From Theionarchaea archaeon (lineage in GTDB: Archaea; Methanobacteriota_B; Thermococci; Methanofastidiosales; SZ-28-30), in contig JACVGW010000004.1 in NCBI GenBank assembly GCA_018992565.1, forward strand, positions 1 to 64,000: a stretch of DNA of 64,000 nucleotides, given 5' to 3'. The notes beneath the pieces were generated by a model that was given only the letters and a program-made list of their open reading frames with translations, was not told where the DNA came from and searched no databases. Within the stretch, counting starts at the first letter, position 1. The number at the start of each line of letters is the position of its first letter. This document shows, piece after piece, positions 20,519-31,636 of the stretch. The translations under genes and the position numbers were made by a program.

Positions 20519-21823
20519 ATGAATGTCGAATCACTTCCAGAAGCCCTCCCGGAGGGCGTAGATGATGAAGCTTACGTTATTGCAACCTACTTCGTATGCG
20601 CTAATCCCCGGTACAATGTGTACAAGATTGCTCCTGCAATAGCTGTGGAACAGAGCACTGGTACATGGGTTACTGTACCCGGAGAAACAGAAGAAGTGAG
20701 AAGAACCCACGTTGCCAAAGTCATTGGCATCTACGAAATTCCCCATTATGAGTTCGAACTCCCTGAGGTCACTGAAAGAACCTATCTCGTTCAGATCGCC
20801 TTTCCCTGGGTGAATTTTGGGGCTCAGATTCCCATGATGCTCACCACTGTGGTGGGAAATATCTCCATGGGAGGGAAGATCAAATTGATGGACCTCAAGT
20901 TTCCAAAAAGCTTTACCAAGGGATTCAAAGGAGCTAAATTCGGAATAAAAGGAATCAGGAAAATCTTGAATGTGCCAGAGAGGCCGCTGCTCAATAACAT
21001 GATCAAACCCTGTACTGGATACCCCCCTCAGGCAGGAAAAGAGCTTTTCTATGAGGCAGCCAGAGGGGGCGCAGATATTATAAAAGATGATGAACTTCTG
21101 GCCAACGCTCCTTTCAATACGCTGGAGGAAAGGATACCCCTGTATATGGAAGCTGCTGATAGGGCAGAAGAGGAAAAAGGTGAGAAAACACTGTATGCAG
21201 CAAATGTAACTGATCGCATTCCTCATGTGCTTGAAAATGCTGAGAAAGCAATCGAGCTGGGCACGAACTGCATCATGATCAACTACCTGACAGCAGGTAT
21301 CTCTGTATTGAGGGCCCTTGCAGATGATCCTTCTATTACAGTACCCATCCTGGCTCACATGGACTTCGCAGGAGCCCTGTACGAGTCGCCTTTTTCAGGG
21401 ATTGCATCCCCCATTGTTCTGGGTAAGCTGCCCAGACTGGCCGGAGCTGATATTATCGTGTTTCCTGCCCCTTACGGGAAGGCTCCATACCTCAAGGAGC
21501 GATACATCCAGACCGCCAAAACTATGACATATCCCTTCCACGCTGTAGCTCCCGTATTCCCCATGCCTTCTGGAGGAATCGCCCAGCCTATGGTGGACGA
21601 ACTCATCAAGGACCTGGGATATGATATCGTCATTGGAGCTGGAGGAGCCATCCATGCACATCCCATGGGGCCTGCTGCAGGTTCTCGTGCCTTCAGACAG
21701 GCTATTGATGCGGTCATGGAAGGGAGAAGTATAGACGATGCGGCAGAAGAACATGAAGAACTTGCCCAATCTATAGAAGCTTCCCTGAAGGCAATCAAAG
21801 AAATGAGAGATTTGATGGGATAA
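20519..21823 (+). CDS. RuBisCO-like protein (form IV RLP)
   Basis: EQSTGTW, IKPCTG, GGADIIKDDE, PMPSGG, GGAIHAHPMG; HMDFAG replaces HRAMH and loop 6 is divergent. Confidence 0.85.
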   Translation: MNVESLPEALPEGVDDEAYVIATYFVCANPRYNVYKIAPAIAVEQSTGTWVTVPGETEEVRRTHVAKVIGIYEIPHYEFELPEVTERTYLVQIAFPWVNFGAQIPMMLTTVVGNISMGGKIKLMDLKFPKSFTKGFKGAKFGIKGIRKILNVPERPLLNNMIKPCTGYPPQAGKELFYEAARGGADIIKDDELLANAPFNTLEERIPLYMEAADRAEEEKGEKTLYAANVTDRIPHVLENAEKAIELGTNCIMINYLTAGISVLRALADDPSITVPILAHMDFAGALYESPFSGIASPIVLGKLPRLAGADIIVFPAPYGKAPYLKERYIQTAKTMTYPFHAVAPVFPMPSGGIAQPMVDELIKDLGYDIVIGAGGAIHAHPMGPAAGSRAFRQAIDAVMEGRSIDDAAEEHEELAQSIEASLKAIKEMRDLMG

Positions 21824-21836
21824 AAGAGGTGATACT

Positions 21837-22193
21837 ATGAAAGTTCCTTCTTTCATGCTGAAAAAGCTGTATCAGAAAGGAAGTCTGAAGAACACTGAGA
21901 GTGGATTTGAACTTGCCATAAAGAATAACCTGATGGACGCTACTGTGACCACGATGAGCCTGACCGTGGACAGCAAGCCTGTGCCTGGAGACAGAATAAC
22001 AGTGGCTGCAGGAAATGCCCCTGTACCCGCCACACAGATATCTGAATCAAATACGATCCCCCTGAAAGTGGGAGTGACAGTGACGCTTTCGGTACAGGAC
22101 AAGAGCTTATCTTCAGGAGAACATACCATTGAAATTGGTGCCGCCACCAAGGAATTTGGAGATATCAACTTCTCAGTAAGTGACACGCTGTAG
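21837..22193 (+). CDS. Small beta-rich conserved hypothetical protein
   Basis: GAGGTGAT RBS, 13 nt after RLP stop; KLYQKGSLKNTESGFELAIKN. Confidence 0.7.
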   Translation: MKVPSFMLKKLYQKGSLKNTESGFELAIKNNLMDATVTTMSLTVDSKPVPGDRITVAAGNAPVPATQISESNTIPLKVGVTVTLSVQDKSLSSGEHTIEIGAATKEFGDINFSVSDTL

Positions 22194-22342
22194 CAAATAG
22201 GTTTTTATGGTAGGGGCACGTACAGTGAATGGATGCAACGAGCCACGTTATGTGCCCCGATTACCACCGGAAACCTGAATGCACTGCTGATACATCAGGT
22301 AGGTATGGACAGAGCCAGTTCCGGACCCAGGGGGTTCTGTTG

Positions 22343-23086
22343 ATGGCAGGCACGTTTCTTCGAATCAAGCTTCCCTTGTCCCTGGACACTGATGCACCTC
22401 CTGATGCACGATGTGGTGCTATGTGTTCCCGATGTTGGTCTTACAGGAAAGGCCACTGTCCCAGCTGCCCATTAGGGGATGAGAAAACGCGGTCATCCTG
22501 CCCGTTGTTCCAGTGTGCCCAGGAAAGAGACACAATATGTACAGAATGTCCCGACATTTTGCACTGCGCGACCTATCGCACCCATTCACATCAATGTCCC
22601 TTCATTACTCCTGTGGTCTTGAAGGATAGTCTCCCCGAAGGACAGGGATTTCTGGTGAAGGAAAGAACACTGGAAGAGAGTCTCAGTTTATTTACAGATA
22701 GGATTATACGGGGAGATTTTGGCCTGATTATCATGAGACAACCTCCTGAGATTCTCTCAGGAGTTTCTCCTTTGAGAAGAGTTCCTGTGGTTCAGCTCAA
22801 CCAAACAGCCACTGAGGATAGCTGCCTTGATCCAACGAACCTGGCCCGGCTGCACCTGACAATTCAGGAGTTTTTTGAAGCCGCACCTCGTGCTACTGTC
22901 TTGCTGGAGGGAATGGAGTACTTGATTGTACACAATGGTATTGATCGTATGCTGAGATTCGTCCATTCTATTATTGAATTTGTAAAAATCCATAAATCAC
23001 GCTTTATTACGCTAGTAGACCCACGAATTCTTGAAAAAGAAGAACTGGCACTCCTTGAGAGAGAGCTGATTTCCATATCTCCATAG
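22343..23086 (+). CDS. DUF835 domain protein with N-terminal Cys-rich metal-binding domain
   Basis: CGAMCSRC...CPSC...CPLFQC...CTEC...C; C-terminal LDPTNL...VLLEGMEYLIVHNG...LVDP..L...ELALLEREL. Confidence 0.75.
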   Translation: MAGTFLRIKLPLSLDTDAPPDARCGAMCSRCWSYRKGHCPSCPLGDEKTRSSCPLFQCAQERDTICTECPDILHCATYRTHSHQCPFITPVVLKDSLPEGQGFLVKERTLEESLSLFTDRIIRGDFGLIIMRQPPEILSGVSPLRRVPVVQLNQTATEDSCLDPTNLARLHLTIQEFFEAAPRATVLLEGMEYLIVHNGIDRMLRFVHSIIEFVKIHKSRFITLVDPRILEKEELALLERELISISP

Positions 23087-23195
23087 AGCCGGATAGTCAT
23101 CCGTTGCAGATTGTCATTATGAATGAACCTGGATTCTGGAACCTCATTTCGTCACAAGAAAAAAGACACAAAACAGAAAAAGAGAAAAAGAGAGA

Positions 23196-24836
<1,641 letters not shown>

Positions 24837-25114
24837 ATTATCACCTTAGAACTTGATATTGCTTACTTATTTCAGTCTGCACTGAGGGCTTTGTCAAGGA
24901 CGTTTATAAACTTAACGGTTGGTAAAGGTATTAATTTAATATCTTAACGTGGAGTGAGAAGCAGGAAGTGAATTTGCCTCACCTCTTGACATGAGATCTA
25001 CAGAAAAGGCCTCAGAGAAAGACCCTATCCACTGTACCGCACCCACGAGGTTCTATCAAATCTTCCAACAATCCAGCAAAGAAACATTTTTAAACCAGTA
25101 ATCCAGGGCTGAAC

Positions 25115-26221
25115 ATGGAATGGCGACTCTTAACCCTGGATCAGAAAGACGGGTATTACATACAGAGCGTGTATGAAGCTGTGGCCAAGGCAGTTTCTGA
25201 GAAACACGTTCCCAACACCATCATTCTCATATGTCCTGAATCTCCCTACGTATGTATTGGAATCCACCAGGAACTGGAAAAAGAAGTAGATACCACATAC
25301 TGTAACCAGCACAATATCCCCATGGTGAGAAGGCAGACCGGAGGAGGAGCAGTCTATCTTGATTCCAACCAACAGTTCTACCAGATTATCATTCACAAAG
25401 ATGACCCTGCAGTTCCCCTGGGGGTGGAACCCTTTTACAGCAAGTTTCTGCAGCCTACAGTCAATGTCTACCGACGATTCGGCCTCCCTGCAGAATATAG
25501 ACCTGTAAATGATGTGTTAATACAGGGGAAAAAAGCCTCTGGCAATGGAGCTGTAACCCTAGATGATGCTATCGTTCTCATCGGAAACGTGATCTTTGAT
25601 GTCAATGTCGAAGTCATGGTAAATGTCCTCAAGGTTCCCTCAGAAAAATTCAGAGACAAAATGGTGCAATCTCTGGAGAAGTACATGACCTCTTTCAAGA
25701 GAGAACTGGGCAGTGTTCCTGACAGCGAGACTGTTGTCCACCACCTGGTAGAGGAATACCAGAAGCTCCTCAACGTAACTCTGACCCCTGGTGAATTGAC
25801 TGCTGAAGAGGAGGAGTACCTTTCCGAGGTTATAGCACGCCTTGAATCTGACCAGTGGCTGCACAAGACTTCCCGGAGAAGGGAAAAGCTCCTGTCACTG
25901 GTGAAGGCCAAGTGCACAAAAGTGGCGGGTGGTGTTATGGTATGCGAGGCTTCCCACAAAGCAGACAAGCTCATACGAATCACCATAGAAACAGCTCACG
26001 GACGAATCAATGATATACTGATCTCAGGCGACTTCTTCTATGAGCCTGCAGAGTCCCTGGAAAAGCTGGAAAATGAACTAATAGGCATGAAAATACGAAA
26101 AAAAGCCCTAACAGAGAAAATTGACACCTTTTTTGAGAAAGAGGGAATCAAGTTAGCCGGAGTCACAGCAAAGGACTTTGTTGAGGCCATATTGCGGGCC
26201 CAGTCTCAAGTGAAACGATAG
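25115..26221 (+). CDS. lplA: Lipoate-protein ligase A with C-terminal domain
   Basis: VRRQTGGGAVYLD, NDV..GKKASGNG, I.ISGDFF. Confidence 0.88.
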   Translation: MEWRLLTLDQKDGYYIQSVYEAVAKAVSEKHVPNTIILICPESPYVCIGIHQELEKEVDTTYCNQHNIPMVRRQTGGGAVYLDSNQQFYQIIIHKDDPAVPLGVEPFYSKFLQPTVNVYRRFGLPAEYRPVNDVLIQGKKASGNGAVTLDDAIVLIGNVIFDVNVEVMVNVLKVPSEKFRDKMVQSLEKYMTSFKRELGSVPDSETVVHHLVEEYQKLLNVTLTPGELTAEEEEYLSEVIARLESDQWLHKTSRRREKLLSLVKAKCTKVAGGVMVCEASHKADKLIRITIETAHGRINDILISGDFFYEPAESLEKLENELIGMKIRKKALTEKIDTFFEKEGIKLAGVTAKDFVEAILRAQSQVKR

Positions 26222-26261
26222 TCTTACAAGAACCACAAAAAAAGAAACAAGAAGGAAAAGA

Positions 26262-27059
26262 CTACTCCGAGGTACTACCTGGTTCAGTCCCTGCCTCTGT
26301 TTCTGGCAAAGATTCTGTTTCTTCACCTGGGGGAGTCTTCCTAGAAATAGCCCAGAAGACCAGTATGAGCACTGCTGTTGAAATTGGGATGAGAACCCAT
26401 AACCATCTCAGATGATATTCTTCCCATAATGAGCGTGGAGTTCGCTCCATGCGTACAACCCTTCCCTGTTCACCGTTCACTCGTATTTCCACAGTACCTT
26501 TATCAGTGAGAAACACAACCTCAGCTCCTTCTCCTGAAGATGAGATTTTTCTCAGCAAAGGTGTACCAAAGGCCTGAACTGGTACTTCTCTTTCTGCAAG
26601 ATGTATCAAAGTAACGACATCAGTAGGAGGGAGAATTCCCTTATTCAATGTTACTGCAACAACTTCACGTTCTTCAAGATCAACAGTCACCTGGGCAACC
26701 CATTCCTCTGAAGAATACCTGAGGATTGCCACTTTTCCTGAAGGTCCTCCAAATACCTCAGGCGCCTGCTCTCCAAACTGCTGTAGGATAGCAGCCACCA
26801 TCGCATCCGATTGTGCAATGTCCTGCGCCTGGTCCATTTCTTCCTGAGAGAGCTCAGCAAAAATCCTGAATCCAATTTCCTTTCTCACCTGTTCGTTTGT
26901 CTCTCTCATCACTGAGAAATTCCACAGGTTCAGGGCGAGTTCTGAAGGTGGTTCAGGTGCAGGCTCCAGTGGTTCTGTATGGGTATACCCGTAGTACGCT
27001 ACAACAGAGGCTGAACCTACCACCAGCACGCAAATGAGCACATAGATCCAACGATTCAT
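26262..27059 (-). CDS. Hypothetical membrane protein (N- and C-terminal TM)
   Basis: MNRWIYVLICVLVVG...; WLWVLIPISTAVLILVFWAI. Confidence 0.65.
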   Translation of the reverse strand: MNRWIYVLICVLVVGSASVVAYYGYTHTEPLEPAPEPPSELALNLWNFSVMRETNEQVRKEIGFRIFAELSQEEMDQAQDIAQSDAMVAAILQQFGEQAPEVFGGPSGKVAILRYSSEEWVAQVTVDLEEREVVAVTLNKGILPPTDVVTLIHLAEREVPVQAFGTPLLRKISSSGEGAEVVFLTDKGTVEIRVNGEQGRVVRMERTPRSLWEEYHLRWLWVLIPISTAVLILVFWAISRKTPPGEETESLPETEAGTEPGSTSE

Positions 27060-27160
27060 AGTATGTTGATTCGGCAATATAATATAAGACTTGAGGTGGA
27101 CACTTGTACCCCAACCCTGTTCCACCGGAACCTTTATCTTTGCACCTGTGAAACCGTGGT

Positions 27161-28093
27161 ATGATCCTGTATGCCGGACTCGCATTTGTTACTACCTTGA
27201 TTACGACACCCTGGGTTGCTCGCTTCATGAAGGCCCACAATATCACAGGAAGAGATGTCCACAAACCTATCGCTCTTGACATACCCGAGATGGGAGGAAT
27301 CTCATATGTCGTGAGCCTCACCCTGGTCTGGGTAGCAGCTTTCTTTCTGCTGGGCAATCTGGAGTATGCAGCAGTAACCTGCGTTCTTCTTCTCTCTGCA
27401 GCACTGGGAGCGTATGATGACCTGAAGGGTATGTCCCAGATGAAAAAGCTGGCTGTCTCAATGGTGCTGGGTGTACCATTGCTCTTTCTCGTTACAGATA
27501 CTACCATAAATTTAGTGGTGGTTACCGTGGATTTCTCGTGGGTGTACTACATCCTCGTCATAGCGGGAGTCTCTGCCTGCTCCAACGCTACCAACATTCT
27601 GGCAGGATTCAATGGAGAAGAAGCTGGAATGGGAGCTATTGCTGCTTTTTCTCTGGCAGTGTGCTGTCTCATTCTTGGGATTGAACAGTCCCAGCTTATC
27701 CTGGCCACCTTGTGTTTCTCACTTCTGGCCTTTCTCCTCTTCAATATGTATCCAGCACACATTTTTCCAGGGGACACTGGCACCCTTCCTATCGGGGCTG
27801 TGATTGCGAGCTCAGTCATCCTGGGAAAGATGGAACTCCTTGGAGTGATCGCCCTCCTCCCCGCCATTACTGAGTTTTTCCTCAAACTCAAAATACGGTT
27901 CAGTGGAAAATCTTATGGACCCACCAGGGTTGTCAGAGGCCGACTGCATCCTCCACCCTACCTATCTGTTGCCAATGTCCTCAGCAGGACGTTTTCTCTC
28001 ACTGAAAAGACCCTGGTGACTATGCTGTGGATCCTGGGAGGCACATGTGGACTCATATCAGTATTGATGTCACTATTAATGAGATGGAATTGA
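27161..28093 (+). CDS. MraY/GPT family polyprenyl-phosphate GlcNAc-1-P transferase (AglH-like)
   Basis: DVHKP, PEMGG, GAYDD, NATNILAGFNGEE, FNMYPAHIFPGDTG. Confidence 0.88.
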   Translation: MILYAGLAFVTTLITTPWVARFMKAHNITGRDVHKPIALDIPEMGGISYVVSLTLVWVAAFFLLGNLEYAAVTCVLLLSAALGAYDDLKGMSQMKKLAVSMVLGVPLLFLVTDTTINLVVVTVDFSWVYYILVIAGVSACSNATNILAGFNGEEAGMGAIAAFSLAVCCLILGIEQSQLILATLCFSLLAFLLFNMYPAHIFPGDTGTLPIGAVIASSVILGKMELLGVIALLPAITEFFLKLKIRFSGKSYGPTRVVRGRLHPPPYLSVANVLSRTFSLTEKTLVTMLWILGGTCGLISVLMSLLMRWN

Positions 28094-28207
28094 TTGGAAG
28101 GGTTATCTCGCAGTTTGAGCACGGTGTATCTCACAGTAATTCTCACAATATCAGGGGGATAACTGTTTGTGAGAAACGTTCAAATAGGAGGAAATACTCG
28201 GTAAGCC

Positions 28208-29935
28208 ATGTGTGGAATTGTCGGAATGATTTCCCAGGAAGAGTTCACAACGATAGAGCTGCTCAAGGCATTGAAACGACTGGAGTACAGGGGTTATGAT
28301 TCTGTTGGATATGCAACTGTGGAAGGGATCCTGCAGAAGGATACAGGGGAAATTGATGGCTTTCTCAAGACAGTGCCAGAACACAGGACAAGAGCTGCCA
28401 TTTCCCACACCCGCTGGGCTACTCACGGTGGCGTAACCAAGGAGAATGCCCATCCTCATGCAGCATGTGGCAATCTGTTTTTTATCGTCCATAATGGTAT
28501 TATTGAGAATTATGAACGACTGAGAGATCAATTACATGGTCACAACTACGTATCTGAAACAGATACGGAGATCATAGCTCATTTTATTGAAGAAAAGATC
28601 AGGAATGGGCTCACTGTAAGGGAAAGTATTGAAACATTCATAGCAGAGGCCAAAGGTACCTACGCTGTACTCCTGCTTCCCCGTGGAGAGGAAAAGATCT
28701 ACGCCTTCAAGAAAGATTCCCCTTTGGTCCTGGGTATCGTGCCTGAAGGATTCGTTGTGTCCTCAGATATATATGCCTTCAGTGATAGATCCCAGAAAGC
28801 AATTTTCTTTGAAGACTATGAGATGGCTGAAGTCACGGCCACGGATTATATGTTTTTTAAACATGGGATGCCCATTGCAAAGGAAATCAAAGAATTCAAG
28901 GTCACCTACACAGAAATTAAAAAGGATTTCCCCCACTACATGATAAAAGAAATCCATGAACAGCCGGCGGTGGCAGAACGACTGGTTACTTCCTTGAAAA
29001 CTGACCAGAAACACAAGCTGGACAGACTCTCTGATCTGGTGCGACAGGCGAGAAAAGTTGTTTTTGTGGCTGCAGGCACCAGTTACCATGCATCGCTTCT
29101 GGGAGTGCATTTCTTCCATGAAACGGGGGTAGAAACACAGACTATTATCGCATCTGAATTCAGAAATTATGTAACCTGTGATGAAGACACATTGGTAGTA
29201 GCTATTTCTCAAAGTGGAGAGACCATGGATGTGCTCAAAGCATTAAAGTATGCCAGGGAGCAGGGAGCCAGAATCGCTTCCATTGTCAATGTTCCATATT
29301 CTACCATACAGAGAATGTCTGAATTGTCCCTTGAGATATTGACAGGACAGGAGATTTGTGTGGCCTCTACCAAGACGTATACCAATCAGGTTATTGCCCT
29401 GCTGGCTCTGGCCCAGAAATTCGGGTATGACGTGAACCTGGACACTATCTCCCAGAGAATTAAGGAGTGCATTGACACTCATGAAGGACAGGTGAAAATT
29501 CTGGCCAGAGAACTCCGCGATTGCCAGGACATCTACCTGATTGGCAGGGGACTGTCCTATCCAGTAGCACGGGAATCTGCCCTAAAACTGAAAGAGATCG
29601 CCTACGTACATGCTGAAGGGATGATGGGAGGAGAATTAAAACACGGGACCATAGCCCTTATTGAGGATGGGACTCCCGTCGTATGCTTGATCCCTGACGA
29701 AGACTACGAAATGGAGTCCAATACCAGAGAAGTTCAGGCCCGCGGTGCACGGGCCATCATTATATCAAACAATTCGGAGTTTTCTCCCGACTTTCTGCTG
29801 GAGACCTCCAGTGATGGCAAGTTCGCCATACTGGCCACTGTTGTGGGTCAGATGCTGGCGTACTACATTGCAAAGGAAAGAGGCCTGCCCATTGATAAAC
29901 CGCGAAACCTCGCCAAGAGTGTCACAGTAGAGTAG
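28208..29935 (+). CDS. glmS: Glutamine-fructose-6-phosphate transaminase (isomerizing)
   Basis: MCGIVG, LEYRGYDS, HTRWATHG, SQSGET, ELKHG, PRNLAKSVTVE. Confidence 0.97.
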   Translation: MCGIVGMISQEEFTTIELLKALKRLEYRGYDSVGYATVEGILQKDTGEIDGFLKTVPEHRTRAAISHTRWATHGGVTKENAHPHAACGNLFFIVHNGIIENYERLRDQLHGHNYVSETDTEIIAHFIEEKIRNGLTVRESIETFIAEAKGTYAVLLLPRGEEKIYAFKKDSPLVLGIVPEGFVVSSDIYAFSDRSQKAIFFEDYEMAEVTATDYMFFKHGMPIAKEIKEFKVTYTEIKKDFPHYMIKEIHEQPAVAERLVTSLKTDQKHKLDRLSDLVRQARKVVFVAAGTSYHASLLGVHFFHETGVETQTIIASEFRNYVTCDEDTLVVAISQSGETMDVLKALKYAREQGARIASIVNVPYSTIQRMSELSLEILTGQEICVASTKTYTNQVIALLALAQKFGYDVNLDTISQRIKECIDTHEGQVKILARELRDCQDIYLIGRGLSYPVARESALKLKEIAYVHAEGMMGGELKHGTIALIEDGTPVVCLIPDEDYEMESNTREVQARGARAIIISNNSEFSPDFLLETSSDGKFAILATVVGQMLAYYIAKERGLPIDKPRNLAKSVTVE

Positions 29936-30000
29936 GCACAGGGGCGTTATGTTCCTGGACAATGAGACCATGAAGTTACCTTACCCTGCCCTACCTAACC

Positions 30001-31554
30001 CTACCCTCCACAGCCACAGCCACCCCCTTCTTGAGAGCTCTGTGTAGGAGGTTCAAGATCAGTTACAGCAGTCCATATAAGAGGAGTGGTGATACCTGAA
30101 TGTGCGTTGACATCCAATTCCTGGGCCACCTTAAACGATTCCATTAAGAGGAGTATGTACCAGCTGAAATCCCTGGAAGCTGCCTGGACCTTCCATTGAG
30201 ATATTCTGCTTTCCGTTCTTGCCAGTTCCTTGATAGTAATTACCAGGCCGCTGGTGAATTCACTCCCCGAATCACTGGGATTCATGTCATCCGCAGGATC
30301 ACAATCGCCATAGGCTGCATCTTTTTCGCCTGCTGCAGCTATCACCAGCTCTGCTTCTGATTTCAACGTGGAGAGTGAGTATCCAGCATGGCAGGTGTCA
30401 AGAATGATATGGATGTGGACTCCGCTGTCAAAAGGTGTGAGAAAGGCAACAAGATCAGTAATGGTGAAAACTTCTTTCTGCACCAAAAACATTCCCTTGT
30501 CCCCATGAGCTGTAATGTAGATTAAGAGAGTCTCGTCAGGGCGCATTATCCGAGACCACGCAACTAAAACCTGTTTGATTTCAGAACTCGTAGAGGCGGA
30601 TTCAGTTGTGAACCCTACAGATACCAGGGCTTCTTGCATCCCCCGCTCATCCTCAGCCATGTCGCTGCCCAGAGGCTGTCCTGAACCCCATCCATTAATG
30701 AGAAGTGCCCTATCCTTCACGTCAGAGTGCCCAACATCGGAACTGACAGAGCCCGCAGGAGATGCGTGAGGCTGCTCGATCCCCGGGTTGTGGACCCAGT
30801 AGGAGGTATCCCAGTAAGATGAAGAATCTACCCAGAGAGGAATCCCATTGAGTACAGGCCACCACCTCTCGCTGTACACATTGCATGCGCCTGTGGCAAT
30901 ACTGTAGAAGATGAACCGGGTTGGATGGGCGAATTTAGCTGCGGGACAATCATCAACCCAGAAAAACCAGGTTTCCTCATTCAAGGAATGGGGAATGAGA
31001 TACGGGAGTTCGGTGACCTTGAGAGGCAGAGCAAGGGGAGCAAAAGGAGCTATCTGATCAGATGGACGAAGAGGAGAAGGCCATAGAAACACCAGGGACG
31101 GTGATGATTCCACAATGGTAGAGACAACCTGTACAGCATCCAGGAGAGAGAGTACATGTTGAAAGTGGTTCTCACAGGCCTCTCTGGTACCCTCTCTATC
31201 TGAACCTGCAAGGACTATGACAACCTGGTCATTCTTCCACGCGTTGAGAGTGACCACCATGGACTGAGAGGTACCCGTTTCACGTGAAGGGAAGATACTC
31301 TCTGTAATAGTCCCCGTATCTGGAGCTTTCACCCCTCCCAGAATAATAATGTAAGCAGCATATCTGTACGCCTGAAATTCTGCAGGACCTACCACAATCA
31401 CCTCTCTCGTTTCCCTCAAATTCTGTATGAAATCACCATTGAGTTCCTTATCAATAGAATTGGCGAGAACAACTACTCTTGAAAGAGAGTCTTCTGCTGT
31501 GAAACCATGTATCAAACTCATGAGCAGGAGCATGACAATAATGAGCGTCTTCAT
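30001..31554 (-). CDS. Secreted clan CD (caspase/legumain-like) cysteine peptidase with S-layer-like N-terminal domain
   Basis: Signal peptide; IIILGG..AP and LAGSDREGT; His-Gly (YITAHG) and Cys (ILDTCHAG) dyad; SEFT; ends GGGCGCGG. Confidence 0.65.
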   Translation of the reverse strand: MKTLIIVMLLLMSLIHGFTAEDSLSRVVVLANSIDKELNGDFIQNLRETREVIVVGPAEFQAYRYAAYIIILGGVKAPDTGTITESIFPSRETGTSQSMVVTLNAWKNDQVVIVLAGSDREGTREACENHFQHVLSLLDAVQVVSTIVESSPSLVFLWPSPLRPSDQIAPFAPLALPLKVTELPYLIPHSLNEETWFFWVDDCPAAKFAHPTRFIFYSIATGACNVYSERWWPVLNGIPLWVDSSSYWDTSYWVHNPGIEQPHASPAGSVSSDVGHSDVKDRALLINGWGSGQPLGSDMAEDERGMQEALVSVGFTTESASTSSEIKQVLVAWSRIMRPDETLLIYITAHGDKGMFLVQKEVFTITDLVAFLTPFDSGVHIHIILDTCHAGYSLSTLKSEAELVIAAAGEKDAAYGDCDPADDMNPSDSGSEFTSGLVITIKELARTESRISQWKVQAASRDFSWYILLLMESFKVAQELDVNAHSGITTPLIWTAVTDLEPPTQSSQEGGGCGCGG

Positions 31555-31636
31555 CTAAAATGGATGGGAGATTCCACATTTAAAGTTAACGAATACAATG
31601 AAACATCAATAGTCCGGGAGAAGAGTACTCCTCAAC

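Noticed and set aside
20519..21823. Bona fide form III RuBisCO / CO2 fixation
   Set aside because: Substrate-binding HRAMH and loop-6 context are not conserved
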